The translations under genes and the position numbers were made by a program. Positions 38,421 to 49,100 of a DNA stretch of 54,879 nucleotides are shown piece after piece; position 1 is the stretch's first letter, and each line of letters opens with the position of its first letter. The notes below the pieces were generated by a model, which ran no database searches, was not told the DNA's origin, and was given only the letters and a program-made list of their open reading frames with translations. The DNA lies in assembly GCA_032718475.1 (NCBI GenBank), contig JAUCBJ010008993.1, positions 1 to 54,879 of the forward strand, written 5' to 3'. Origin of the DNA: Nemertoderma westbladi (lineage: Eukaryota > Animalia > Xenacoelomorpha).

Positions 38421-38450
38421 CAACTTTATTGCTTACTGCAATAAAGAAGC

Positions 38451-38462
38451 TATATCCGTTAT
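38451..38462 (-). promoter_or_regulatory. Non-tRNA primer-binding site of element 1, complementary to its own LTR
   Basis: Sense ATAACGGATATA abuts the 5' LTR and is the exact reverse complement of the sense sequence at 39204-39215. Confidence 0.8.
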
Positions 38463-39698
38463 TGTTCGCGCTTTCAGACCTTTGGCAGTTTAACCCGCCA
38501 AATTAGGATGTCTTCTAGATAATAAATCACCTTTTGCCTATGACAAGTATTTAATTCACTACACTAGTCGAAACCAATCTGTGCGCGATCATTCACCCGC
38601 TGGATATACCCGGGAGATTGGGTTCGACGGCTTAATCTTATTGCTATGTAAGCTTAATGTATTATCCGACTGACAGTATTATATAATCTCTGACAATATT
38701 ATTCACCTTCGGGGAATATTAACAGTTCCTTTAGGACGTGGCTCTCTATCTATATAAACAGAGTTATGACTTAAACTACTCACAACGATATGGCTTAAGT
38801 TATAATTCACATATATGGCGCATTCTTTAGGAAATGCTTCGTTATCAGTCTCACTCATACACAATGCTGCACAATACTGCACACTGATCTGCCGATCTTC
38901 ACTGATTTTAGTTATATATAAAAGGAACACGGACTGACTCATGTAGGGTCTATCAAATAACATTAGATTCACTTCAAACCACTTTAACATAAGTCACAAT
39001 CGTTATATGTAACCTTTCTCTCTTACCTTCGGTATATCAAGAATATTGGGTTTCGGGGTTATTTATCGTTATTCCAAATATAATAATTCATCAACCATAT
39101 TATGAAGAACTGACAGTAAATAGCAGTATAACAATATGAAGTATGCACAAGTTGTTTGATTAGGTATGGTATGTTATGTTGTGATAAATGCAGTTTTGTT
39201 ATGATAACGGATATATGTCCTTATAATTAAGCCTACTAGTGTAGGGCTAAAGCCGTTCTTCCTGGCTTAGAATCACCAACAACACTAAAAACTGATAAGA
39301 ATAACTATAAGAATACCAGCTACCCTTATTCTACAAAGATCTCACCCACCACAGAGAATGAGCATACAGATAGGAAATTCAGTTCAGTAGATCTGTGATA
39401 GGTCAAAATCAAAACCAACTCAAATCCTATTGGCAGATACAGAAGGCAGGGCTATGGGGCAACGTGGCAATATCAGCCGTTAGCCGTCGTCATGGTAGCG
39501 ACACTGTTTTCAAGAGTATCGAGCTTTTACGTCACGAAATTGCAGATTATGTCCTCTAAAGTACAAATACAGAAGAAATGGCTTTTATGTCCTCCAAAAC
39601 ACCAGTACAGCAAGGACACGGCCTTTTTATGCCTGGTAAACCAACCACAGAGTACTTTACGGGGATAATAACCGGCTAATTACGCAAAAGCTTTTACA
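38463..39698 (-). repeat. 5' LTR of BEL element 1 (1236 bp)
   Basis: Direct repeat of 28079-29303 with 10-bp and 1-bp indels. Confidence 0.95.
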
Positions 39699-40439
39699 GC
39701 TAGATTATGGTAGTCAAGTACAGTAGAACGTTCAATTCCGACGTAAGAGGAGCGTTCGGGGTATTAATTGCTTCTTAGAATGGCCACGAAGGTTGCTGCT
39801 GGTCCATCCCAGACAGGTACACCTTAACACCTATTGGCTATGGGTAATCCTTCATGGTGACACACACGCACCATTATTTATGGGTCATAATTGGGGTGGA
39901 TTATGTTCTATTTTCTACTCATGTCCTTAGACATCTTGAAAAAGATGGCCCCCTACAGGAGGGACACCCACTACTTGTTTCTTGAAGTACTGTAGGGGAA
40001 TAATCCAGCCAAACATGTATCCTACTGATATAGACTTTGTTTATGATTTAGGAGTTATGTAGGCCTAGGCCTACACGTTCGTGGGGCCTTCGCGCAGCAC
40101 GAGGCCCAGTTATGAGATACAAATTAAAATTGTGCGACTGTATCACAAAATCAGGTTATGAGAGATTAACCCACACCACCAATTAATCAAAGAAAGGGGG
40201 ACAGTACGTGTTCACCCCTTTTAATCTGCACCCCCCCCCCCCCCTCCCCCACCCACCAATACATAACCGCGACATCTACCACCCACGGAAGGGTAGCACG
40301 AACTTATTTCCAAACGCACGTTCAATATGCAAAGCCAGGTGGTTTATAGGAATATAATCAATGCAGTACTCGTCTTCATTATAAGCCTCTTTGCGTTCGA
40401 CCTGTTTTATATTAAAATATATTTATTAAACGGAGGCTG

Positions 40440-40802
40440 ACGCTCTTTATAATAATAATACCTAGGGATGCCAGCTTCCAGACTTTCAATCTTTACTGCC
40501 ACGCAAACCCCGCAGAGGAAGTTTTGGTTTAAGAGATCAAGCCCATCGGCAATTGGTGTTTCAATTTCGGTCCAGGAACTCTGACAATGGGAGCATTCAA
40601 TCTTAGCTGCGGTCCATTCCCGTGGTTTCGGCTTCCTTTTCTTCGTCCCAATGACAGATTCTTCTGAAGACGTTCGATTCGCTTTCAGTTTATTGTTGGC
40701 GTTTGTGTTTTGAAGTTGTATTCGAGTGGACAGTCGCGCCGGTTTCGAGGTAACCATACCGACCTGTGATAAGCGTTGGTTTTGTTGAGTGCCGGTATTC
40801 AT
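40440..40802 (-). pseudogene. Probable LINE (CR1/L2-type) ORF1 fragment with a PHD-like Cys cluster
   Basis: IECSHCQSSW...FLCGVC followed by coiled-coil-like KIESLEAGI, then an abrupt change to AT-rich sequence. Confidence 0.45.
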
Positions 40803-41220
40803 CTTCTTTCACCTCTTCAATATCAGATGTTGCAAATACTGATAACACGAATAACGGTATATATTTCAATACTTGTCAATAGTAATATATATAATTTAGA
40901 TAACTATTTTATATCTGTACTGTTGAGCAAACTCTACATAAATTTCAACCTGTGTATCGCCGGTAGTGCTGTTGCTGTGCAAGTGCTGAAGTGCTGGTTG
41001 CCACCGGTCACGCGGTCAGCCGGTACCGGTAGTAGGGTGGTACCATGGCCTACTACACACAGGCCATGACAAGGACTTGCCGTGAAATTAGCGTAGGCTG
41101 ACTGATGAATTATCAAATATTATATTTTCCACGAATGCAGGGTCCATATTTAAAAGAAGATGACTAGATTTTCGTAAAGAATTTAATTGAAACAGTATTT
41201 AATAATTAATAAATTAATTA

Positions 41221-41570
41221 TCGCTCGAGTTCCTGCAGCTTTTATTCGTTTGTGGCTGCCTCGTTTGTGCTATGTTTGTGGCAGGAATGTTTGAACGCTA
41301 ATAAGTCGGTCAATCATGGATGAAATGGAACCAAACTTGGTACTCATGTAGTCTATAAAAAATTTAGAAATTCTACACACAGACAGACTTCTACAGTTCC
41401 CCGGTCTGCCGCTAGGGGGCGAATTAACAGAAACGTAAAAATAGCTGTAATTATAGAACCAACGATCAGATTCATCTGAAATTTAGTAGTAGTTACCTAA
41501 GAGCATTGCTTAATTAGAAATTCTACAGAGACTTTTACAGTTCCTGTCTGCCGCTAGTGGGGAATTGTTA
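41221..41570 (+). mobile_element. Helentron/DINE-1-like non-autonomous element remnant
   Basis: GTTT-type microsatellite, then AACGCTAATAAGTCGG...GATGAAAT..ACCAAACTTGGTAC (shared with 45488-45690); duplicated TCTGCCGCTAG motif. Confidence 0.5.
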
Positions 41571-42069
41571 GAGCTCCAGTTCAACGTGCTTAGCACGGTT
41601 TAATAAACAATCAATTCATTATTTTATTCAATACAGTAATTATAACAGTAAAATGCAATGTATTCTATTTTTTAGTGAAATCAAGAGATAGGAGGGGGGT
41701 GGGACTGGACGCAAATCCCATCTTGGCGAATTAATATCCCGCCTCAATATTAATTTCTAAATTTTGGGAAAGGAGCAGGTTACAGTGGCACGTTATTTTA
41801 ACCAAAACAATAAAGTAAACACAATAGAACAGGTTACAGTTTTATTTTTGAGAGTAATCAGCTGTTGTTATTTGCGTCCAATTTCCCCTGGAGAGGGATG
41901 AATTTTTATTGCGTCCAGTCCCCCCCCCCCCCCCCCCCCCCCTATCTTGAAATCAAATACCAAAAATATATTTATTATATGAACAATCTATTTGGAAATT
42001 GTAAGTTCGGCCTATCTCTTTACCATAAGCTCAGTATCTTTATCTGGTGTGTTTTTATTATTTTACCAA

Positions 42070-42720
42070 TTATTTAATATGTTTGATAGAATTGAACAAC
42101 ACCGCCCAACACAACCAACTCTCTATCCGCCTCGAGCATCGAGAATACGAGAAACTCGATCGAAATACCTGCTTATCCCAGTAGTATCCGTCCGTAGTCT
42201 AGTCACCGGACCGCTGCGGTTTACTCCCGTAGAACAGTAGAATTCCCGCAGCTTCCGACCCAATTCGACAACGAATTCGCTTCACACTTTCGCGTCACAG
42301 AGAACGTAGGTAATCCAGTGCGATAACGTCTGCCCAACGTTCAACCATTTCCCCCAGGCGATCCCAGGATCCGGGCCGCCGCTAAACCCAGATCGCAATC
42401 CTCGTCGATTCGTCCAGTCGTCGACGTAAGTCAGTAAGTGGGACTCTTCCCACCGCACTCCAAGGTGGGTGACCGGAGTGAGGCATGATGAACTTGGCAG
42501 TGGCCCGCATTACGATCTGACCGACCGCCGTATTCCCAGTGTCTGAGTGTAGTAAATACCCAAATAGAATCGTACTGACAAACAAGCAATCAGGCAATTC
42601 CGTAGTATTCCCCCGTTAATCACCTCTTGAAGCAACTCGGCTGCTCGGGTCCAGATACATCGGACTGTCGGGAGCGTTTCAGACATCAGACAGTAATGGA
42701 GTGGCATTTGCGAATATTTC
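42070..42720 (-). pseudogene. Possible decayed 3' end of an L1/Tx1-like LINE ORF2
   Basis: Frameshifted pieces PLHYCLMSET..VRCIW..A.ELL and STILFG...AKFIM resemble the post-zinc-finger region of L1/Tx1 ORF2; GC higher than flanks. Confidence 0.35.
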
Positions 42721-43571
42721 CAATGGTTTTATAATAAATAAGGGGATTCAACAGTTCCATGCTAAAACAAATGGATTATTCCTAACCCCACCCCAATACA
42801 GCAATATACCTAACAGTATATAGCTTAGGTACCACAGTCTGACTAGCTTTAAATATTAGAGTATGAAAATTATTATAGGACCCTCATGGAAACGAAGTAT
42901 ATACCTCATGAGGCTATCCTTACACCAGAACCCTTTATTTAAGTAAATAAACATTTTATAAGTTGACTATCTACATAAATCAGTATTGGTGCTCCTAAAT
43001 ATCTAGTGTTATTAGGCCTACTTGTACTGTAGGCCTAATATCGTAACGTAATCTTTATAAATGTATTATTGTGAATTTTAAAAGGTTTAATTATGTGTAA
43101 AAAACAATCAATCAATCAAACCATAATCAGCACAGTCAGCCTACGCATGGGTGGTACCTACGGTGCGCACTACAACGGCTGAACGGCAGTACAGCAATAC
43201 GGTGTACCGTGCCAATGACTGAATGATTAGCGGTAACTACTGAACTATCTAAACTATTATATTATTATTACCGGTACTAGGCTAATTAGGCCTAAACTAT
43301 AATCACCGCAAGGGTTTCCGGGGCCATGTTTAGATTACATGATATGGCATGTCTGCAGTGTATGGTACCGGCTGACCTGTATTACAGCCTGACAGTACCG
43401 GTACAAATGGTACATGCAGATTGGCATGGTACATGCAGATTGGCAGACAGCCCCTATGTTTTGCAAAATTTGTCAGAAAACCAGCTGATTTATCCTACAG
43501 TAATAATAATTTAACGCATGTTAATTTTGGATAAATAAATATATTATAACTACAATAACAGTTACACTGAT

Positions 43572-43843
43572 GCTGCACGAAGGCCCCACGCAAATTCTAC
43601 TTGGAAAATTTTCAAACTTTTGCCAAACAACATGTGTACCAAGTTTGGATAGATTTCATCAAGGGTTGGCCGAGTTATTAACGTTTAAAATAAAATACTG
43701 AAAAAAAACGCGACAGAACGACAGAACGACAGGTTGATTAATGGTACCACTACGCTAAGGCTCTCTCACTTCGTGGCTCGCCCCACAGGTTGATTAATGG
43801 TACCACTACGCTAAGGCTCACTCACTTCGTGGCTCGCCCCACA
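43572..43843 (-). mobile_element. Helentron/DINE-1-like non-autonomous repeat with a duplicated ~57-bp end
   Basis: Reverse complement of 45488-45690. CAGGTTGATTAATGGTACCACTACGCTAAGG...CGCCCCA occurs twice in tandem. Confidence 0.7.
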
Positions 43844-44950
43844 GTACCATTTTAATTATCCATGGATACAATTACGATTACAAATTACGATACAAAATAC
43901 GATTTTTCGATTCTATGGAATAGGAGGCCTTAACCCACCACATTGTATTTCATGTGGACGCAAATATCTTTAAATTTCCTGAGCTAAACATGAGAGTTTT
44001 ATTTTATGTGGGGATGCAATATAACTTTAAATAATATAATCAATCCAGTTTAGAAGTGAGTAAAAAGTATATTATTTCTTAAACAAATTATTTATCATTA
44101 TTATTATTATATTACAAGAAAACATTAGAACAAAGTAAACATTATTACAAATCGTGATACAATTTATTGTATGCAATTAAAAAATAAAGTGCAAACTAAC
44201 TATGGTCAACTAATTAAACGCGGGAATTTTAAAACGTAGATTATCAATGTTTGACGTAGGCCAACTGCAGTAAACTGTGTTCATGTGTACTGTTGGTGGA
44301 GGGAGAGCAGCAGAGGCGGGTGTTATACAGTTATACGTACTTCAGTATCAGTACTCTACTCAGGTACTGACTGCTTATGTTTCACTGTTTGTGCAGCTTG
44401 CAATTAGTTAGTGACAAATTACTATTCTGCCATTAGCAGATTAGGTAACCATACTAGCCAGTCTACGGTCTACCGGCAGACCGGTACCTTGTTTCTTGTT
44501 AGGCCTATTCTTCTAGACTCAAAACAAAACTTTATCTGCGGACCGTGGTAGTGCAACTGATTAACTGTCCTTTATCCTGTTTTATCTGTTTTTATAACAA
44601 TTTTCCCAGGTAATCCTGTCATTGCGGTACAGCGGTTGTGCGGTATATCGTAAAATTTTTGTTGTAGTCAGTAGTAGTATCTGTAGATCTGAGTACTGGA
44701 GTATAGTACGTAGTCGTTATTAGGTACTATTCAGGTACAGGTACAATTCCATAATACTGTAATATTTCGTGTTCGCTATTCAGTGTGTCCAGTCCATGAA
44801 CTCGAGGCTTATCAAAAAGCCATCAGCTATCATAAGCCTTAAAAGTATTGCATTGTTTGGACTGTCTGCCTGTAGTAGGACGCTAGTTTGTACTGTTATA
44901 AAGCTGTAATCGTGAAATGTGCAGCACTGTAGTAGTCTTTCAGTTTATCG

Positions 44951-45310
44951 ATGAATGTGATGATGGCTTCGAAAGCAATCTGTATAACAAACTTATGGAC
45001 TAAATGCCGATTGAATCTGTCTGGCCAACTATTAAGCAGAATCTACCCGTCCAGAAGTTTGAGTAGAACTGTTCCGCGGTCGACTCCCATGCACGTTCCT
45101 ATGCCATACGTGCTGGAACAAACGCAATTCGGCGAACGCGCCTACGACCTGTACTCGAGACTACTGAAGGACCGTATAGTCTGCCTTATGGGACCGGTTA
45201 GCGACTCCCTATCAAATACTGTCGTCGCCCAGTTGCTGTTTCTCCATTCGGAAAGCGCAAAGAAACCGATCCATTTGTACATAAATAGTCCCGGGGGTGT
45301 TGTATCCCAG
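44951..45310 (+). CDS. clpP: First coding exon of mitochondrial ATP-dependent Clp protease proteolytic subunit; downstream exons not in this window
   Basis: Arg/Ser-rich transit peptide, then [30 protein letters not shown]...[21 protein letters not shown]. Donor GTAAGG at 45311. Confidence 0.93.
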
Positions 45311-45487
45311 GTAAGGTCGTAGAATATCAGCTCAGTACTGTAAGTTGGATGTATAGGCCTACACATTTACACGATTTCATTAATTACATACGTAACTTAA
45401 TAACATTAGATGCTACGGCAATAATTGTTATTGCAACATTGGATGGGACAGAGCAAAATATTATTCATTGTTCATGTGCATTTTCTT

Positions 45488-45690
45488 GTGGGGCGAGCCA
45501 CGAAGTGAGTGAGCCTTAGCGTAGTGGTACCATTAATCAACCTGTCGTTCTGTCGTTCTGTCGCGTTCAATTTTAAACGTTAATAACTCGGCCAATCTTT
45601 GATGAAATCTACCCAAACTTGGTACACATGTTGTTTGGCAAAAGTTTAGAAATTTTCCAAGTAGAATTTCCGTGTGGCCTTCGAGAAGCT
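45488..45690 (+). mobile_element. Helentron/DINE-1-like non-autonomous repeat in the clpP intron
   Basis: GTGGGGCGAGCCACGAAGTG...(CTGTCGTT)n...TAATAACTCGG...CCAAACTTGGTACAC. Confidence 0.7.
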
Positions 45691-46117
45691 AAGATAATAG
45701 CAGTTAATTAGTTAATTAAGTTATTACGGTAAAAACACCATTTTCAACCTGCCTTTTAAAGGAAATTAATTGTTTTACAGTATAAGATTTAAATAATTAT
45801 AATTAAAAATTATACAGATGTAATCCACATACCCCATTCTATTATAGTTTTTAATTAGTTCAAGTGATTTGCTATAATAATTGTGTCTTTAATTGATCTA
45901 AAGTAATTAAAACGGCAAAAAAAATTGATTCTCATTAAATACTGCTCATTTATTGGCCAACATGCTGGTACGATGGAAGGATGTGTGTGTAAAGCAGCTA
46001 GTTGCTGGGAATGATTATTGGTCAAGTCTCTGCTGGTGTGGAGCTAGCTGGGTGGGAGTTGTGGCTGTAGACTAACCAGAGAGGAATTGTAATAGGCAAC
46101 CAGTATTGCTATTCCAG

Positions 46118-46169
46118 AGTACTCTGCGTTGATACCACTGCTTAAGCAGTGGTATCAACGCAGAGTACT
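46118..46169. other. Library adapter dimer (SMART / PacBio ultra-low-input amplification adapter); assembly artefact
   Basis: Perfect 52-bp palindrome AGTACTCTGCGTTGATACCACTGCTT + AAGCAGTGGTATCAACGCAGAGTACT. Confidence 0.98.
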
Positions 46170-49100
46170 AGCGCCTTGACTTGTAAGAACATTCCTTCTA
46201 TATCAGAGGCGAACGCGATGGAATATTGTCTTAATCTTAATAGTATTCCCAACAAAGATTGGAGTAAGTTGGGTCCTGGTAACAACTCGGAATTGAGGGA
46301 TTGGCCCATATATAGAGCAGAGCCATCAAATACGACTCGTACTTCATGGGGTTTACCGGGTTTGGGAACGTAATGATGTGTTAAATAATACGTTCTCTCA
46401 GTCACTGGTGTTCCTTCCGGTACTCTCTCCGCGTATCCCTTTGTTATAAATTTCTTCAGCTGAGTTTGGTACATTTCTTTCGCTGAAGCATTAGCTGTAA
46501 GGCATCGATATAATTGAGCGATTCTTTTTTCTGCCAAGGGTCTGTTATTTATAAATCTAGGTTCTCGTTTTCGAAATGGTAGGCCGATTTCATACCTACC
46601 TTGGTCCTTTAAAAAACGTGTAGTTGTTTCCTGGATTTGCTTGGCTCTTTCTTCTTCTATCGATAGAGCTTTATCATATGAATTGGGCTCTACCAGTTCC
46701 TGAGTAAAGAATCGTACGGCTAGTTCGTCCCGAGTTCTAGCGTTGTAGCGCTCTATCTCATCGTTTAGTTCGTCATTGTAAGCGATGGGTTCCGATGGGT
46801 GAATCAGTTGACATAGGTTCACCTGACTTTTCCAAGTTTGGTTTTCTGTAAGTAGGTCGATTGTGTTCTCTTCATCGAAGAGTTGGTAGATGTCGTCATT
46901 ATCTGAGGAGTATGGTGTTCCCTCAGTTAGTTCGTCCACCTCACTGCTCTCCACTTCCCAATCGTGTACTTGGTATGTTTGTTCTTGTGGCATTCTCTCT
47001 TCGAGAGTCCTGCGGGAAGGGCCAGTAAAGTACCAACCTACTCTAGTTCTTACCGCATAGGTTTGCAGTGGCTGCGGTTGAGCAGGCCGTTTCTCTAATG
47101 TTTCGAGCGCCTCATGCGCGTTCTGGCCGATGAGTATTTGCACTCCAGGATAATCTGTCTGGAATCGAGGTATCTTAAGATGTTGGATGCTCTCATCCTC
47201 GTCCCAATTATAAAGGTCTGCTTGAGTAGTAGCGAAGTTCTTTATAGCCACCATTTTTACCGACCTTATACCTTGTGCTCCTAACTTATCCTGGGGGGTG
47301 GACAACACACCTACATAGTAATCTGCCGTTAAGGTAGATTTCCAAACCTGCATAATTCCTGACATATTCAATTTAGTCCGGAATTTGGGTTGTCCAGCAA
47401 AGATATCTTCGGCTAGTTCTTGATCGATGAATGTTCCTGTGCTGCCGGAGTCAAGGAGGGCGTTCACTATGTAACTTTTGTTAAGACCGTGAACTCTTAC
47501 CTGCACTACAGGAAATTCTCTGATTCCTACGGTGGAAGTTGGAGCTTTCCAAGATGGTTGTTTGGCAAAAGTAGTTGGGGGAAACTCATTGTTGGTGTCC
47601 TTTTCATAAGTAAGTGCTCGATACACTGCGGTATTGATTAGATAACAGGATTCGTTGGCGTCGGAGAATTCGTCAGTATAGAATCCTTCCATCTCAGACT
47701 CCTGATCAGTGTCGTTTACATCACTGAATTGGACATGTAGTTCGGGCTCACTTACCTGACTCTGTTTATCTCGTTCGAACTCACTGTGTAACAAGATGTG
47801 ATGTTTCGCGCCACACTTTGCACACTTTATGTCGGAGTAACAGGTTCGCCGTTGGTGTCCTGGTCTGAGGCAATTATAGCATAGCCGCTTATCCCACACG
47901 ACTGCACGTCTGTCTACAAGGGATTTCTTTAGAAATTCAGCACACGCACTCAAACGGTGGGTCCCATCGCACAGCGCACAGTTAGGTTTTATGTTACTCA
48001 CTTTACCTTGGGTAACTTGATGCACTCTCGTTTTTTCTTCGGGTTTTCTTCGGTGCATTCTGTTAGGAGACTGAGGAGGGGTCTTGGCAACCTGTTCTCT
48101 CCTATCGTTGTTTCGAGCCTTGTATTTACTTACATCTTTTGAGGTTTTGTCAACGTAGTAAGATCTCTCAGTGTCTTTCCCGCTGTCCTCTTCTTGAGAA
48201 GCTTGGCTTTCGCCGTCGTCAGTGTAACACACCGGTGTTACTCTTCTCCTAGAAGCGGGTTTCTCACTTACCTTATTTTCCGATGTTTTCTCTCTGGACT
48301 GCTTGATGAGTTGTAGTTTTACCTCACCATCCAAGAAGGACATGAGATCAGCCATGGTAGGACTTCGTCGTTGTTGTTCATTCATGTACAACACTTTCTT
48401 GTCCCAGCGTGTACATACTCCACCCTTTGGTAAAGTAGAGACTACGGCTCCAATAACCATTGAACTCTGATATTCATGAGACTTACCTAACCAGTCCAAT
48501 TGTCTACAGATCTCTTGAATCTCATCGGAAAACTTTATAATCCCGCTACTAAGGAAGTGTCGGGGGGCTACTAATTTTGCATACAAATACTTAGCTATGT
48601 TATCCTTGTTACCATACCTGATGTTTAATGTATCCCATACTTGTCTTAATCCTTCTGGATGTCCAATAAACTTTAACGCCATTAACTTGGGAGGTCCTTC
48701 CAAACACTTGATGAGGAACCTAAGTTTCTCTCCGTTAGATAGTACAGAGTTCTGTATGCTATCTTTGTAATATTCGTTGAAAGGTAACCATTTCATCTCA
48801 TCTCCATTGAATTTGACGATCTCTCCCACTTTGACCGCTTGGCGGGCTTCTGTTCTAGCCATCTGCCTCGTAAAGCTTTCTTGGGCCATCGTGTTATTTA
48901 ATATCGAATTATCGGTATATAAATTTCTCGGATCATTATCAGGTCTATAGGGAATATCATTAATAACAGGTCTATAATCACCCTTAATAGGGTTTGCTAT
49001 AGGAGTTTCTACTTCACTAGCAGTATAGATGCGTGTAGGCTCCACACCTTGCGCATGTAATACCTTAGACCTAACAGGTTGACACAATGTTACAGGGGGT

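Larger units (their letters stand above)
28079..39698 (-). mobile_element. BEL/Pao LTR retrotransposon 1, non-autonomous (RT, most of RNase H and integrase deleted), with an accessory ORF
   Basis: Two ~1.23-kb LTRs about 98% identical with TGT...ACA ends; BEL-type gag-pro ORF; purine-rich tract next to the 3' LTR. Confidence 0.95.

Noticed and set aside
38255-38506. Conserved plus-strand ORF MYLYWKYRLG..., also at 53094
   Set aside because: It is the antisense translation of the conserved tandem-repeat block; conservation is at the nucleotide level and the C-termini differ.
46118-46169. Biological hairpin, terminator or natural end of pol
   Set aside because: Exact match to a synthetic adapter.
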